Shown here: positions 62,712 through 64,000 of the stretch, one piece after another
Layout: every line of letters starts with the position of its first letter
How positions within the stretch are numbered: the first letter of the stretch is position 1
From: Psammoneis japonica
Lineage: Eukaryota
Direction of reading: 5' to 3'
NCBI GenBank assembly: GCA_008632985.1
Contig: QPGO01000298.1
Coordinates: 1-64,000 of the forward strand
DNA: 64,000 nt
Program-made: the position numbers and the translations under genes
Notes under the pieces: model-generated
What the model was told of the DNA's origin: nothing
Database searches by the model: none
What the model saw: the letters and a program-made list of their open reading frames with translations, nothing else

Positions 62712-64000
62712 ATGACTGATTCCAACAAGGACGATTCATTGTCGTCGTATCAACGCCCGTCGCCGCTGTTGGAACGCTTGATGCAACCCCAGAAGAATCC
62801 GTCTCTGACTCTTTCGTCCAACCAACAATGGATCGCCTTTGCCGACGAGCCACCACTGCCGTCCATTTCGGATCTAGCACAGCCAGAAGAAAAATTGGCG
62901 GGTCTTCGGTTTCATCCTGAGCTCTTGACACGGTCCCGTTTGGAATGGGCGACGGGTCTCACTCTGCAACACTTGGAAACGGGCCACCGCATAGACGTGC
63001 CAATGCCCGAAAATGCAGAGGGGATTCGGTATATTCGATTCAATCCAAAGTATTATCAGACGACCGACGATAGTGACATTCAGCAAGAATTTGTTCTTGT
63101 TTGCAAAGTCAAGGACGAAAAATCGTCGACTCCGAGATTGGAATTGCATCGCGGTCAACTTACCGGACGCGATGCAGGTTCTTGGCGGTGGAGCATGACT
63201 TGTATGGATTCTCTATTGCCATTCAAATTAAATTTGATTCAAGGATGCCCTTTTCAGTTTACCAGTGATGGGAATTATCTATTGGTGGACGTGGTTCCTC
63301 AAGACCACCCGTCAGAGCCACCGCCCACGCCTCTTTCGGTGGGTCCGGCCATTCAACAAGTACGAAAGGGTGCTCGCAAGGCACCCGGGCGCACCTATCA
63401 AGATTTGCTGCAGAATCAACACGATCAAGACAAATTAAAGTATTACGTGACGACTGAAGTTGTGAAAGTGCCTTTGGAAAAGGACGCTGGTGATTCCGTG
63501 CAAGTTCTGCCGCAATCGGTGGGTGGTTGCCTGTTTCAGAGTTTCTCGTGCAGTCCAAACGGACGCTTTCTCTTGGTTCAGCGTGTCAATCCCGAGTTGT
63601 TGTCCTACTCGGTCCCGTACAGTCGATTCGGCAAGATTGTAGAGCTCTGGGATTTGCATTGTTCTCAAAGCATCACGGTGGCCTCCTTGCCCGTGGACGA
63701 TGAAATCCCATTGAGTTACGATGCCTGTTCTCGTCATGTTCGGCGATTTCGGTTTCATCCCCTTGATGATTCGACCATTCTTTATGCACATGCCTTGGAT
63801 GGCGGAGATCCGGCACGTGAGGTTGAGGAGGGAAACTTTCGGGATGCCTTGTACACGCGCAACTTGCAAGTAGACGACGACGACGACGACAGCACGATGG
63901 CGTTGGGTGATCCGATTCAACTGGTGGGTCTCGAGTGGCGTTATGACGATGTCGAATTTACCGAATCGGGTTTGATTGTTGTGGATGAATATCGTTGGAA
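62712..64000 (+). CDS. S9-family peptidase, glutamyl-endopeptidase (CGEP/S9D)-like; N-terminal part, runs off the window
   Basis: My translation from ATG 62712 is open to the window end: YQRPSPLLERL..P..PSLTLS, PSISDLAQPEEKLAGLRF, GRTYQDLL, SPNGRFLLV, SYSVPYSRF, VASLPVDDEIP and ALDGGDP. Confidence 0.85.
   Translation, partial: MTDSNKDDSLSSYQRPSPLLERLMQPQKNPSLTLSSNQQWIAFADEPPLPSISDLAQPEEKLAGLRFHPELLTRSRLEWATGLTLQHLETGHRIDVPMPENAEGIRYIRFNPKYYQTTDDSDIQQEFVLVCKVKDEKSSTPRLELHRGQLTGRDAGSWRWSMTCMDSLLPFKLNLIQGCPFQFTSDGNYLLVDVVPQDHPSEPPPTPLSVGPAIQQVRKGARKAPGRTYQDLLQNQHDQDKLKYYVTTEVVKVPLEKDAGDSVQVLPQSVGGCLFQSFSCSPNGRFLLVQRVNPELLSYSVPYSRFGKIVELWDLHCSQSITVASLPVDDEIPLSYDACSRHVRRFRFHPLDDSTILYAHALDGGDPAREVEEGNFRDALYTRNLQVDDDDDDSTMALGDPIQLVGLEWRYDDVEFTESGLIVVDEYRW

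Overview
This is eukaryotic nuclear DNA, almost certainly from a diatom. The evidence is an Lhcx-type light-harvesting gene with a bipartite plastid presequence, CoDi-type copia motifs, a helicase-associated-domain protein and a short GT-AG intron. The window alternates between two compartments. (1) Gene islands of normal composition: a Crinkler-like NTPase/REase, LEA-like protein, HA-domain protein, PA-RING E3 ligase, DGAT2, ICMT/PEMT-type methyltransferase, P-loop protein, DONSON, HMG-box protein, secreted beta-propeller-like protein, Lhcx and an S9 glutamyl-endopeptidase-like peptidase. (2) About 45 kb of nested, decayed transposons (CRE-like LINE, tyrosine-recombinase retroelement, copia, Penelope-like element, several TIR elements) and decayed gene copies. 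The main signal is that compartment 2 has lost almost all TpA dinucleotides, and in its cores also CpG, with both converted to TpG/CpA. Repeat pairs inside the window show the substitutions directly (TA->TG and TA->CA). This is the opposite direction to fungal RIP and is not explained by 5mC deamination. It has sharp, position-dependent boundaries, spares TYTA/TARA contexts, and destroys Tyr codons (including RT and recombinase catalytic motifs), TAA/TAG stops and probable TA target-site duplications. I interpret it as a candidate undescribed A-to-G genome-defence hypermutation system, or else a TpA base modification that is being mis-sequenced. Single-base frameshifts in otherwise intact genes suggest the assembly also has homopolymer indel errors.
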